Positions 52,609 to 62,814 of a stretch of 64,000 bases of DNA are shown in pieces. Origin of the DNA: Candidatus Poribacteria bacterium (GTDB lineage Bacteria > Poribacteria > WGA-4E > WGA-3G); assembly GCA_965197475.1 (NCBI GenBank), contig CBDANF010000003.1, forward strand, positions 3,680,001 through 3,744,000. The letters run 5' to 3'. Both the position numbers and the translations under genes were made by a program. The notes below the pieces were generated by a model. That model had not been told where the DNA came from, did no database searches, and was given only the letters and a program-made list of their open reading frames with translations. How positions within the stretch are numbered: the first letter of the stretch is position 1; every line of letters starts with the position of its first letter.

Positions 52609-53657
52609 ATACAAAAATTGGTATAGGTATAATAAGTTTTGCACATGGACACGCGAACTCATACTGCAACAAGATGCAGACGTTTGACGATGTCAAACTC
52701 ATTGGATGTTGGGACGATAACCTTGAACGCGGCAAAAACGCCGCATCACAATTTGGAATGAACTTCTCACCTCACCTTGAAGATGTTGTCAATAACCCTG
52801 AAATAGATGCTGTTATCGTAACTTGTGAGACAAATCGTCACGCGGAGATGGTGGAGGCAGCAGCATCAGAAGGCAAACACATCCTTTGTCAAAAACCGAT
52901 GGCACTTACCTTGGAAGATTGTGATAAGATTGCTGAGGCGGTGCAAAAATCTGGTGTTAAATTCATGATGGCGCATCAGATGCGTCGTGACTCTGCCAAT
53001 ATAGCAATGAAAGAATTGATTGAGAGCGGTGTGTTGGGTAAAATTGGGATGCTGCGCCGCCGACACTGCATCAACGTTCTCTTTAACAAGGCTTTTGTAA
53101 CGGGCCCGAGTCGTTGGCACATTGATCCAGTAAAAAATATGGGCATGTTCATGGATGATGCGTCTCATGCTACCGATTTTATCTACTGGATGCTCGGTAA
53201 GCCAAGCAGTGTCATTGCTGAAATAGATAACGTTTTAACAGATGTTGCCCCTGATGACACGGGTGTTGCTGTCTATCGGTTTCCGAGTGGTGCAATGACA
53301 ATTCTGATAAATACCTCTGTGACACTTGCCGGTGAAAATACGACTGAAATCTATGGTGATGAAGGCGTTGTCATTCAGAACTATGGGGATGGACCTTCGT
53401 GTAACGTTCCACGTTCTGAAGACGCAGTGGCGTTAAAACTTTATACGCGAGATGAACCGTCATGGAAAGACCTTGGGATCGAAATCCCAAACAGCCACGG
53501 AGAACGGATTGCTGGTGTCCCACGTCCGTTTATTGACTGCTTGAAAAATGATACGGAGTCTGATGTAACAGTAGAAGATGGAAGGGTTTCTGTGGAGATG
53601 GTTTTGGGCGCGTATCGTTCGGCACAAGAGGGCAGGCGTGTTAAGTTTCCGTTATAA
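52605..53657 (+). CDS. Gfo/Idh/MocA family oxidoreductase
   Basis: GKHILCQKPMA, DDASHATD. Confidence 0.9.
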   Translation: MNTKIGIGIISFAHGHANSYCNKMQTFDDVKLIGCWDDNLERGKNAASQFGMNFSPHLEDVVNNPEIDAVIVTCETNRHAEMVEAAASEGKHILCQKPMALTLEDCDKIAEAVQKSGVKFMMAHQMRRDSANIAMKELIESGVLGKIGMLRRRHCINVLFNKAFVTGPSRWHIDPVKNMGMFMDDASHATDFIYWMLGKPSSVIAEIDNVLTDVAPDDTGVAVYRFPSGAMTILINTSVTLAGENTTEIYGDEGVVIQNYGDGPSCNVPRSEDAVALKLYTRDEPSWKDLGIEIPNSHGERIAGVPRPFIDCLKNDTESDVTVEDGRVSVEMVLGAYRSAQEGRRVKFPL

Positions 53658-53698
53658 AGGAAAATAGAATACTATCCGAATTTACTCCAAACGCTGCT

Positions 53699-54433
53699 TT
53701 AAGGACTGTTTCGGCGCATGATACTCAGAATCTGTCCTGTCATGCCGCTGTCAGGAGACTGGGTTGCGAGGAACAGCGCAGATGCGACAACCTGCTCTGG
53801 CTCCTTCCACGGATCACTTTGTGCTCTGATGATATTGTCATCTTTCCAAACAGGTTTTGAGAGTTCTGTTTTAACTGGACCGGGTATCAGGACATTGGCG
53901 ATGATACCGTCCTGCCACACCTCTTCAGCAATTGCTTGTGTCAACCCGTGCAAAGCCGCTTTAGATGCACAATAGATGCTAAGGTTCGCATGACCAACCT
54001 GTCCCATTCCTGATCCAATGTTGATGATATTTCCACTTTTCTGCTGCTGCATAATAGGCAACACCGCACGGCAACAGTGGACGACACCCATGACGTTGAT
54101 CTTCCATACCTCATCCCACGCCTCATCGGTAGTGTCTAAAAACAAGCCTCTTGGATTGATACCAGCGTTATTGACAAGGATATCTATTTGTCGGAAACTA
54201 TCCATAGTCTTCTTGACAAGATTTTCCACTTCAGTACGATTCCGTATATCAGTTGGCACTGCAAGAACATTTCCACCATTTGCTGAAATCACATCTGCTA
54301 CGTTATTAAGTTGATCATGGCTTCGTGCTGCGATCACAACATAAGCACCTTCTGCAGCGTAAGCAATGGCAATTGCTCTGCCGATTCCCCGTCCAGCACC
54401 AGTAACAATAGCGACTTTGTTAGTTAGTTGCAT
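53699..54433 (-). CDS. SDR family oxidoreductase
   Basis: TGAGRGIG, NNAG, YCASK. Confidence 0.92.
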   Translation of the reverse strand: MQLTNKVAIVTGAGRGIGRAIAIAYAAEGAYVVIAARSHDQLNNVADVISANGGNVLAVPTDIRNRTEVENLVKKTMDSFRQIDILVNNAGINPRGLFLDTTDEAWDEVWKINVMGVVHCCRAVLPIMQQQKSGNIINIGSGMGQVGHANLSIYCASKAALHGLTQAIAEEVWQDGIIANVLIPGPVKTELSKPVWKDDNIIRAQSDPWKEPEQVVASALFLATQSPDSGMTGQILSIMRRNSP

Positions 54434-54485
54434 AGATGTTCCTTCCGTTTTATATCAAATGAATATGCATTTGTTTTATAGGTAG

Positions 54486-55310
54486 TTAAGAATCGCTTGA
54501 ACCTTTCCATACGTTAATAAGACGGGTCAATTGTGCGCGACTTGATTGAACTTTACGTTTTAAATCAGAGGCGAGAGTCGTAAGTAGGTCCCTCCCACTT
54601 TTATCTTCGGATTCTACTTGCTGCTTCAAGTGATAGGTACGCCCTGCCTTAACCCTGTTTATCTCGGACCGCAATTCACTCGTTGCTCTATTAAGGTTTC
54701 GCAATTCGGATTGTAGCCGTTCCCTTTTTTCTGCAATTGTATATTCAGAATCAATCGGAAAGTCAGTTTCTCCGAAACTTAAACGCTTCAAGATTTCAAC
54801 GTCTTGCTCCTGATATGCACGATTTATAAGCGGCATTAACTGTTCTCGCCGGTTTTGCTCTTCAGAATGCTTTGCTTTGTCTGGATGAAACCTTTTAGCA
54901 AGTTTACGGTAGAGATTTTGCAAGAACTTCACTTCTTGATCTGGAAGTTCGTTTTTTTGAGATTTTTGCTGATCTTCTTTCTCCGTTTCACAAGCATCAA
55001 TGCGTGAACGGTTTTCCCTGAAGCACGATTTAACCCGTGCTTCAATTTCTGTCTCACTCACATCTTCTCGGCGTAATTGCAGTCGAAGACGATACTCCTT
55101 TGTTTCAAGCTCAACCTTATCAAGCTCAAGGTAATAACGTCCAATGTGAGCATTGTACCTGTGCTGGAATAGGTCAACCTCTGATTGCAGGTGATCCATA
55201 GTCACAGTAAGTTCTTCAACCTGTTCACGTTTTTCCTCAATAGCATTAAGTAATCGATGAATTTCCTTTTCCTCATTGCTATTGATGTAAACTAAGGTAG
55301 TCGGTTTCAT
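54486..55310 (-). CDS. coiled-coil J-domain protein
   Basis: [13 protein letters not shown]...INRAY. Confidence 0.82.
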   Translation of the reverse strand: MKPTTLVYINSNEEKEIHRLLNAIEEKREQVEELTVTMDHLQSEVDLFQHRYNAHIGRYYLELDKVELETKEYRLRLQLRREDVSETEIEARVKSCFRENRSRIDACETEKEDQQKSQKNELPDQEVKFLQNLYRKLAKRFHPDKAKHSEEQNRREQLMPLINRAYQEQDVEILKRLSFGETDFPIDSEYTIAEKRERLQSELRNLNRATSELRSEINRVKAGRTYHLKQQVESEDKSGRDLLTTLASDLKRKVQSSRAQLTRLINVWKGSSDS

Positions 55311-55669
55311 GGCTTACGATATGTGATACGGCCTCGTGTCAAATCATAGGGAGACAGTTCTACGGTTACCTTGTCACCCGGCTCAATTTTGATCCAGAAT
55401 TTTCTCATTCTACCAGAAATATGGGCGAGAATTTTATGCTTGTTATCCAACTCGACACGAAACATGGCGTTTGGTAAAGGTTCAACAACAACACCTTCGA
55501 CCTCAATTTTACCATTTTGAAGTTGGGTTCGTTGAGTAGATTCTTTATCAAGATCGGCATCTACAGAATCATCTCGTTGTTTTTTAAGTTTTTGTTTACG
55601 ATTTGATCCGCCTTTTTTACCGGACCTTGGTTGGAATTTCCGCTTTTTTCCTGCGGGTTTACGTTTCAA
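55307..55669 (-). CDS. infA: translation initiation factor IF-1 with a long basic N-terminal extension
   Basis: [20 protein letters not shown]...[13 protein letters not shown]; TTG start with AAAGGAG RBS. Confidence 0.9.
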   Translation of the reverse strand: MKRKPAGKKRKFQPRSGKKGGSNRKQKLKKQRDDSVDADLDKESTQRTQLQNGKIEVEGVVVEPLPNAMFRVELDNKHKILAHISGRMRKFWIKIEPGDKVTVELSPYDLTRGRITYRKP

Positions 55670-55728
55670 AATATGGGTCTCCTTTCAAAAATAGATTTTG
55701 TTAGTCTCTTTGAAAAAACAAACAGACG

Positions 55729-56523
55729 CTAAGATTCATCATCAAAACTAAAAGATTTACCTGATTCAACAACAAGTTCCCTAAAATAATTTACTGCTAA
55801 TCGCAGCTGCTTTTCGGAATCTGCTCTATCAGAGTGAGTTGAAACGAGGTCAACGGGCATTTTATTGCCTTCCACATTACGTAGGGCAACATAAGCCTTT
55901 AGATATACATCTGGATGACGTTCCATCACTTTCTGCATCAGTGGTGAAACTTCCGCTTCAAACATATTTACATAAATCCGTGCGGTACTAATCTCAGCAC
56001 GGTAACGTTCGCCTATCAAGGGTTGAATATGAGTTTCGAAAATCGCTTTCATCTCGCGTGGTGGACCTGGCATCATCATAATAGTAGATTGCTTATGAGT
56101 AACACTTATGCAGGGTGCCCATCCCGCAGGATTCTGAAGTACTTGTGCTGTTTCTGGCACAGTTGCCATCTTGGTTAGTGCTTCATTAAGCGGATCGTTT
56201 TCAGACATCTCACGGCGTTTTCGGTATTCTGCCATGGTCTCTTCATTCACAACAGGTTTTGTGCCAATGAGTGATGCGACAACAGTCACGGTCATATCAT
56301 CCGGTGTTGGTCCGAGTCCTCCCGTTGTAAGAATAAGTGCTGTTTCACGTTGAATTGCACCATCCAACGCATCAGTCATCTCATCAAAATTATCGCGTAG
56401 CATAGTTACTCGGTGTAATTCCCCACCGTATTGTAGTATCTGCTGTGCAATCCAGTGGGCGTTGGTATCCTGAATTTGTCCGAGGACTAACTCAGTTCCA
56501 ATTGAAAACAGTTCTATCGCCAC
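55729..56523 (-). CDS. CinA-like molybdopterin-binding domain protein
   Basis: IGTELVLGQIQDTNA, TTGGLGPTPDDMT, MPGPPREM. Confidence 0.88.
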   Translation of the reverse strand: MAIELFSIGTELVLGQIQDTNAHWIAQQILQYGGELHRVTMLRDNFDEMTDALDGAIQRETALILTTGGLGPTPDDMTVTVVASLIGTKPVVNEETMAEYRKRREMSENDPLNEALTKMATVPETAQVLQNPAGWAPCISVTHKQSTIMMMPGPPREMKAIFETHIQPLIGERYRAEISTARIYVNMFEAEVSPLMQKVMERHPDVYLKAYVALRNVEGNKMPVDLVSTHSDRADSEKQLRLAVNYFRELVVESGKSFSFDDES

Positions 56524-56594
56524 CTAATTCTCCCTTTTACAAAACCTGTTTAAGGAACTCATACGCTCCGACACCGTAAAAACTATATCCCGTT

Positions 56595-56792
56595 TCAAAC
56601 AAGATCGAGCATCTCCGCATATTGTAACACATTTGATATATAGTTGTCTATACAATGACGTAAAACACGCTGCCATTCTTCCGCTTCTGCTACAGTCGTT
56701 GCCCGGAATTCCAATTCGCGTGGTATTTCAGCATATAATTGGTGCGAAAAATCTAAGGTGTCAAGGTATTGTTCACTGGACATCTTTTTCAC
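56595..56792 (-). pseudogene. probable truncated gene fragment (N-terminus resembling acetylxylan esterase-like hydrolases)
   Basis: LEFRATTVAEAEEWQRVLR then loss of protein-like sequence. Confidence 0.35.
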
Positions 56793-57011
56793 TTTTTAGT
56801 AACGCAATAAGTAGTTTTGGACATGATAAAATCTGTGAATTTTAATTTCTCATCTATAAGTGTTTATACAGATAATCTGATTGCAATTCATTTGTATAAT
56901 ACTGCTATTTATAGTTTGTATCAAATGACCCCATGAGTTATACTATTAGTATTCGTTAAACTAACGAGTAGATGTCCTCGGATCCCCGATAATCTATTCA
57001 TGGAGGTCAAT

Positions 57012-57812
57012 ATGAACCGCAAGAAGGATACCGCTTACGGTATCACTCGGCTCGAATCCAAGAATGCCAGAGCCGCGATTATTCAGAAGATTTCAGCAGA
57101 CTTTAATCTAATGCCTCTCGTTGCTGAAGCCTACTATAAACAGATTTCCACCTACTTTGAACAACACGCCGATGTGCACCTGACATCAGGGCAAATCTGC
57201 TACGAGGCAGTCGCCGCAGAGGAACCCGCAGGTAAACATATCGCTTTAGCGAAAAAAGTTTCCTGTCGGCTAACTCTCAATGACACAAACGCCGATCTTG
57301 AAGTCTTAGCGAATTATGGTCTCGCAGGACTCAGACGGCATCGGATCCTCCGATTGACCCAAGAAGCTTATGACCAAGATGCCTTACTGAGCTACGAGGA
57401 TTTAGCTGTATTATTAACCACCAGTCCTGCTACAGTCAAACGCGACATTCGACACTTGAAGCAGGATGGGTATTTCGTTATGACGCGCGGGACGAAACAC
57501 GACATGGGCCCCGGCACTTCTCATAAAACCCAGGTCCTGGAGTTATATTTCAAAGCCTATACCTTCACCGAAATCGAGAAAAAGACGAACCACAGCGAAC
57601 GAGCTGTCTACCGCTACTTGAAAGACTTTACACAAGTCGCTACGCTCCATCATCAAGGCTTTCCTAACGCACAGATACGCCTGATCACCCATCTATCTGA
57701 CCGGTTGATCCGCGAGTATCTCTCACTCTATGAGGAATACCAACACACAGATCGCATGACCCAACTCCTTCACCCAGAACCTGAGGACACAAAAAAGGGG
57801 GACCTCTCATGA
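57012..57812 (+). CDS. DUF1670-like protein A
   Basis: GGAGG RBS; EAYDQDALLSYEDLAVLL, TRGTKHDMGPGTSHK, TNHSERAVYRY. Confidence 0.8.
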   Translation: MNRKKDTAYGITRLESKNARAAIIQKISADFNLMPLVAEAYYKQISTYFEQHADVHLTSGQICYEAVAAEEPAGKHIALAKKVSCRLTLNDTNADLEVLANYGLAGLRRHRILRLTQEAYDQDALLSYEDLAVLLTTSPATVKRDIRHLKQDGYFVMTRGTKHDMGPGTSHKTQVLELYFKAYTFTEIEKKTNHSERAVYRYLKDFTQVATLHHQGFPNAQIRLITHLSDRLIREYLSLYEEYQHTDRMTQLLHPEPEDTKKGDLS

Positions 57813-58693
57813 GCAAACCTCTAACCCGCACGCAAATCAACGAGAAGAAATTCAGACGCATCAACGATAAGTCCCTACGACAGTTGCTCATTCACCGCTT
57901 TCTCAATGACTATGGTTATGACAAAGGCGAAGTCACTGCCACCGCCATTGTTGATGATATTCTTAAGACCGTTGAAGACTATTTCGTGATTACCCTTCCT
58001 TTGGAGAAACTCGCCACCGGCGATCAACTCCCGGATGAGCGTTTCTTGAGTTATGGACAACTCGTTTGGATGGCCGTCCCTATTGAAGAGCATCCAGAAA
58101 GAGGAAAGTCCATCGTCAAAACCCGCATGAAACCCGTCATCCTGACTTACCTCGCCGCAGAGGATATTGAATCCTTTCGCAACGGTTTCACCTCCCGGCA
58201 ATTGCGGATCAATCGCTTGGTCCGCTGGTGTCATCAAGCTTATGACCAAGGGGCATTATTGACACAACTCGACTTGGCAGTTTTGCTCAATGTCTGCGAT
58301 GCCGTTGTCTGTGATTATGTTAATGAATGGCAAAAAACCACTGGAGAACTCTTGCCCACCCGTGGCAATATCCATGACTTATCGGGGGCTATTACCCATA
58401 AGAAAGAGATCATAACCCTCTATCTTCAAGGACATCTCACCCCCAGGATTGCCGCAAAGACCAAACACTCTAAGGAGGCAGTTGACCGATACATTCGCGA
58501 TTATGAGAGCGTCAAAGTCGTTCGGAAAGCAACCGCAGATATTGATAAAATCTCACAGATTACACGACTTTCTAAACGCGTCATCTCTCAATATCTCGAC
58601 CTCATACCGCAGCACCAACTCCAAGCCATAGATGCAGACCTTGCCAATTCAGACTCAAACGATGAAGCCACTCACCAAGGAGAAGCCCAATGA
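57809..58693 (+). CDS. DUF1670-like protein B, translationally coupled paralog
   Basis: ATGA overlap; QAYDQGALLTQLDLAVLL, TRGNIHDLSGAITHK, TKHSKEAVDRY. Confidence 0.8.
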   Translation: MSKPLTRTQINEKKFRRINDKSLRQLLIHRFLNDYGYDKGEVTATAIVDDILKTVEDYFVITLPLEKLATGDQLPDERFLSYGQLVWMAVPIEEHPERGKSIVKTRMKPVILTYLAAEDIESFRNGFTSRQLRINRLVRWCHQAYDQGALLTQLDLAVLLNVCDAVVCDYVNEWQKTTGELLPTRGNIHDLSGAITHKKEIITLYLQGHLTPRIAAKTKHSKEAVDRYIRDYESVKVVRKATADIDKISQITRLSKRVISQYLDLIPQHQLQAIDADLANSDSNDEATHQGEAQ

Positions 58694-58760
58694 GACCCTA
58701 ATCCTATGTTCCCGACGAACTTTACTTCGCAAAACCGGGGCAGGTGCCTTGAAAATATGG

Positions 58761-58789
58761 TTGACAACCGCTACTGGTTTTGCTATACT
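58761..58789 (+). promoter_or_regulatory. near-consensus sigma70 promoter facing the element's right end
   Basis: TTGACA-17 bp-TATACT. Confidence 0.7.
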
Positions 58790-58795
58790 TTAGAC

Positions 58796-58900
58796 ACGTT
58801 TATCGCTAAACGCATCATTTCTCAAAGAGGATGCTCGCGATCCCAACGCAACCCACTCATCAACGATCGCTGGGAAGCCAATAAACATCAGCCTTCCAGC
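58796..58900. ncRNA. candidate structured RNA (four abutting stem-loops) in the element's right end
   Basis: stems 58797-58812, 58812-58834, 58837-58870, 58869-58900, starting at the predicted TSS. Confidence 0.4.
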
Positions 58901-59064
58901 TATCCTATGGTCATTTGATACTATTTAAGAAACGACACGATATCTTCACTTATATTACCACAATAATGGAAGAATGGCGGCGTCTAATTTCGTTATAAAA
59001 GGTTTATATCTCTATAACAGATTGTAAAAATTCAACATATAGTAATCTCAATATAGACTCTTAT

Positions 59065-60270
59065 CTACAAAGTAATGCCCAACTCCTTTGCAATTGTATA
59101 AACATCTTTATCACCACGTCCAGATAGGCATACTACGATGGTTTTGCCGTCACCAAGTTTCGGCGCAAGTTCACGTAGGTACGCAATGGCATGCGCGGAT
59201 TCTAATGCTGGAATGATTCCCTCAGTCTCCGACAACAACTGAAATCCTTCCACGGCCTCTGTATCGGTAATCGGCACATATTCCGCTCTACCAATTTCTC
59301 GATAATAACTGTGTTCCGGACCTACACCAGGGTAATCTAACCCCGCGGAAATCGAATGGGCAGGTGTTATCTGTCCATCATCTTCTTGCAATAGATAGCA
59401 CTTTGCACCGTGAAAAACACCAACACTTCCTGCAATGAGCGGTGCGGCGTGCCGTCCGCTACGGATACTCTCACCTGCTGCTTCAACACCGATAAGGCGA
59501 ACAGACTCGTCATGATAAAATGGATGGAACATACCGAGAGAATTACTGCCACCGCCAACACAGGCAACGACACAATCCGGTAAGATACCCTCCTGTTCTA
59601 AAATTTGTGCTTTCGCTTCTTCGCCGATAACAGCTTGGAAGTCTCTAACGATCATGGGGTAAGGATGCGCCCCGACAACTGAGCCGAGAAGCAAATATGT
59701 TGTGCGGACATTTGTAACCCAATCTCGGAAACAGGCATTGATGGCATCTTTGAGCGTACGTGAACCTGAATTGATAGGCACAACTTTTGTTCCCATCAAC
59801 CGCATGCGGAATACGTTGAGTGCTTGTCGTTCTATATCCTCTTCACCCATATAGACTTCGCATTCCATATCAAACTTAGCAGCGACGGTTGCTGTCGCTA
59901 CGCCGTGTTGCCCCGCACCGGTCTCGGCGATGATACGTTTTTTGCCCATCCACCGTGCAAGCAATATCTGTCCGATTGCACTGTTGATCTTGTGTGCGCC
60001 TGTATGGTTCAGGTCTTCTCTTTTAAGGTATATTTTTGCGCCACCGAGGGTTTCAGTTAACCGTTCTGCATAGTAGAGCGGATTTGGTCTCCCGACATAT
60101 TCACTGAGGTAATACCGAAATTCCTTTTGAAAATCGGAATTATCTTTGAGTGTTGTGTATGCCTCTTCCAATTCTAAAAGTGCGGGCATAAGAGTTTCGG
60201 GGACATATCTTCCACCGAACTGTCCGAAGTGTCCTGTTGCATCAGGAAGTTGTTGCATGTAGTTCTCCAT
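59065..60270 (-). CDS. trpB: tryptophan synthase beta chain
   Basis: [48 protein letters not shown]. Confidence 0.97.
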   Translation of the reverse strand: MENYMQQLPDATGHFGQFGGRYVPETLMPALLELEEAYTTLKDNSDFQKEFRYYLSEYVGRPNPLYYAERLTETLGGAKIYLKREDLNHTGAHKINSAIGQILLARWMGKKRIIAETGAGQHGVATATVAAKFDMECEVYMGEEDIERQALNVFRMRLMGTKVVPINSGSRTLKDAINACFRDWVTNVRTTYLLLGSVVGAHPYPMIVRDFQAVIGEEAKAQILEQEGILPDCVVACVGGGSNSLGMFHPFYHDESVRLIGVEAAGESIRSGRHAAPLIAGSVGVFHGAKCYLLQEDDGQITPAHSISAGLDYPGVGPEHSYYREIGRAEYVPITDTEAVEGFQLLSETEGIIPALESAHAIAYLRELAPKLGDGKTIVVCLSGRGDKDVYTIAKELGITL

Positions 60271-60294
60271 TTTGTGTTGTGTTTAGTTGTGCTA

Positions 60295-61311
60295 TTATGT
60301 TTTCTTTTTCATGAGTGATTTCGTACGAAGGTTTGGACGTTCCAAAACCGATGGGTTTACAACCGATTCCGGCAGTTGACCAGTTAATACTTGTGCCACA
60401 CACGTAGCGGCGGTGACCTCTAATTCAAGGATTGATTCTTCAGAGATAAAAGCAGCGTGCGGTGTGATGACCACATTGTCAAGACTGAACAGAGCTTCCT
60501 CCGATTGTGGCGGTTCGGTTTCCAATACATCCAAACCTGCACCTGCAATCTCACCATTTCGCAGTGCGTCAGTAAGTGCTGCTGTGTTTACAATCCCGCC
60601 TCGCGCAGTGTTGATTAGGAACGTTGTCGGTTTCATTATACGAAATTCGTCAAAACTGAACATGTGTTCTGTCTCAGGTGTCAAAGGTGCGTGAATCGTG
60701 ATAAAATCTGATGTTTTGAGAAGTTCTTGAAAAGAGACTTTTTCCGCACCGTGATATCGAATTAATTCAGATGAGGCACGCGGAGAATAGATTTTCACAG
60801 CAAGTCCAAATGCTTTCGCTTTTGGGATAATCGCCTTTCCGATGTGTCCGAATCCTACAATACCTAAAGTTTTTCCACGTAATCTGAACATCTGAGGTCC
60901 GATATTCTGATCCCATATACCAGATTTAACTGCCGCATTGAAACGTGGTATTTTTCTGACACAAGCGAGCAGAAGTGCCATCGCGTGGTCAGAGACTTCA
61001 TCAACACAATATGTTGGAACATTAGTAACGATGATCCCGTTCTCAGTGGCACTTTTCACATCAATGTTGTCTAACCCGATACCGCAACGAGCGATAATTT
61101 GACACTTTTTGGCTGCGTCAATGACACACTTGCGAATCGGTTTCCAACATGTGAGAATACCGTCCACCGTCGGCGCGAGGGTGAGGAGTTCTGCTTCCTC
61201 ACCTGTTTCCGCCACAGTAAGTTCTGCCCCAACTTTTGCAAGTACCTGTCGTTCGGGTTCAATAGATGACCAAGCGTAATCGGTTATGAGGACTTTCCAT
61301 TTGTTTAACAT
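60295..61311 (-). CDS. D-2-hydroxyacid dehydrogenase (CtBP-like)
   Basis: GIVGFGHIG, INTARGGIV, GLDVLETEP, TPHAAF. Confidence 0.9.
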   Translation of the reverse strand: MLNKWKVLITDYAWSSIEPERQVLAKVGAELTVAETGEEAELLTLAPTVDGILTCWKPIRKCVIDAAKKCQIIARCGIGLDNIDVKSATENGIIVTNVPTYCVDEVSDHAMALLLACVRKIPRFNAAVKSGIWDQNIGPQMFRLRGKTLGIVGFGHIGKAIIPKAKAFGLAVKIYSPRASSELIRYHGAEKVSFQELLKTSDFITIHAPLTPETEHMFSFDEFRIMKPTTFLINTARGGIVNTAALTDALRNGEIAGAGLDVLETEPPQSEEALFSLDNVVITPHAAFISEESILELEVTAATCVAQVLTGQLPESVVNPSVLERPNLRTKSLMKKKT

Positions 61312-61398
61312 ATTTGTTGAAATCTCGGTTAAAAAACCGTTCCTACAAGAGACATCCATATCAAGGAGACGATTAGTGATTGTCTTCGGCATCTCTAA

Positions 61399-61569
61399 CT
61401 AAGATGATTCGGGATGTGGCTTACTGCTCTGCTTGAGGAGTTCAATCTCTGCGCGAAGTTCTTTAAGTTCTGTACGGAGTTCATCTTGCCCATGTTGTTT
61501 GATCATAGTAAAGACCTGTTGCACTCCAATTACTACCAATGTTACTGCCATAATGACTATTAACAACAT
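61399..61569 (-). CDS. small TM + coiled-coil ORF abutting the IS3 end, possibly 5'-truncated
   Basis: MLLIVIMAVTLVVIGVQQVFTMIKQHGQDELRTELKELRAEIELLK..., 56 aa. Confidence 0.45.
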   Translation of the reverse strand: MLLIVIMAVTLVVIGVQQVFTMIKQHGQDELRTELKELRAEIELLKQSSKPHPESS

Positions 61570-61608
61570 TGAAGTGCTACCGTTTATTCAGACCAAAATT
61601 TAGCAAAG

Positions 61609-62439
61609 TTAAGACAAGTTTTTTTGCTCAAATTCCACAGGTGTCAAATACCCTAACGCAGAGTGAGGGCGTTTGTGATTATACACTTGTGTAATAAAAT
61701 GCCCAATGCGGGCTCTCGCTTCGTGGATGTCCTCATAGTCGTTGAGATGAACTTCTTCTTCCTTGAGCGTGCGGATAAGTCTTTCAGCATATCCGTTCTC
61801 CCAAGGACACCCTCTCCGGGCGACTGAAATCTCAATCCCATGATGCCTAAGCAGTGAGATGGACGCATTTGAAAGATATTGAACGCCTTGATCAGAATGA
61901 TGGATCTCTGGGACATTTTGACATAATGCTGTCTCCAAAGGTTTCAACGTTAGAGATTGCGTCAAGTGTTGACTGATATACCACCCTCTGATCATGCGAG
62001 TGAAGACATCCATGAGCAGACAAACATAGATAAAGTGTCCTTTGAGGCGGACGTAGGTGATATCGCCCACCCAGACCTGATCACATCGGGAGACATCAAG
62101 GTTTTCAAGGCGATTGCTCCAGGGACGCACACCCGCAACGGATGTCGTGGTTTGACAGACACGCTTGACAGAAACCGAGAGGTTGACGGACTTCATCAAT
62201 CGGGCAACACGTTTATACCCGATGGTGTATCCGTTACGCACCAACAACTGTGTGGGACGCCTATATCCGTATGTTGGATATAGCAAAGATAACGTCTCTA
62301 TTTCATCCTGGAGGCCCGCTTCACACGGGGCCTGCTTGGAGTGATAATAGAGGTTGCTTCGGTTGAAACCGAGTGTCTCACATATCTGCCGAACCGAAAA
62401 GTCTGTCCGTAATGCCGTAACCATTTCTCGTTGCTCCAT
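61609..62439 (-). CDS. IS3 transposase OrfB
   Basis: same DDE motifs as copy 1. Confidence 0.92.
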   Translation of the reverse strand: MEQREMVTALRTDFSVRQICETLGFNRSNLYYHSKQAPCEAGLQDEIETLSLLYPTYGYRRPTQLLVRNGYTIGYKRVARLMKSVNLSVSVKRVCQTTTSVAGVRPWSNRLENLDVSRCDQVWVGDITYVRLKGHFIYVCLLMDVFTRMIRGWYISQHLTQSLTLKPLETALCQNVPEIHHSDQGVQYLSNASISLLRHHGIEISVARRGCPWENGYAERLIRTLKEEEVHLNDYEDIHEARARIGHFITQVYNHKRPHSALGYLTPVEFEQKNLS

Positions 62440-62444
62440 CGGGG

Positions 62445-62735
62445 TTAGCTCAAGTAAGTTGAGGCTTTTTTTTGGATGTCAAGTGCCAAGGTCAACCGCC
62501 CAACGAGTTGCTCAAGTTGGGCGATCCGCTCCGCAGAGGCATCAGACTGTTTATCAGCGGGTTCAAAGAGGGTCGCCGCTTTTTCAAGAAGCTGTCGCTT
62601 CCACTTTGAAAGTTGTTCATCGATGAGGTTATGTCGCCGACACACTTCTGCTTGGGAACTTTCAACGCTGAGAGCCTCAAGAACAACTTCGGCTTTAAAC
62701 TCGGGGGTGAAGTTTCTTCGTTTTCGTTTCGCCAT
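62445..62735 (-). CDS. IS3 transposase OrfA
   Basis: identical protein to copy 1. Confidence 0.9.
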   Translation of the reverse strand: MAKRKRRNFTPEFKAEVVLEALSVESSQAEVCRRHNLIDEQLSKWKRQLLEKAATLFEPADKQSDASAERIAQLEQLVGRLTLALDIQKKASTYLS

Positions 62736-62814
62736 CGGATACTCCTTTCAAGTAGATGGATATTATACCATAATCTTGTCTTAGAGAGTGGCCCGAATTT
62801 CCGATGGCAGTACA

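Larger units (their letters stand above)
56918..58921 (+). mobile_element. putative novel mobile element: DUF1670 gene pair between 13-bp terminal inverted repeats
   Basis: GTATCAAATGACC at 56918-56930 and GGTCATTTGATAC at 58909-58921; AT-rich intergenic flanks. Confidence 0.75.
61570..62814 (-). mobile_element. IS3 family insertion sequence, copy 2
   Basis: near-identical to 20674-21918. Confidence 0.93.

Noticed and set aside
58706-58918. 70-aa ORF as a third gene of the DUF1670 element
   Set aside because: No clear RBS, atypical composition, and it overlaps the promoter, hairpins and terminal repeat.
21918-61570. Inversion between the two inverted IS3 copies
   Set aside because: Flanks do not cross-match as swapped duplications, unlike the other IS pair.
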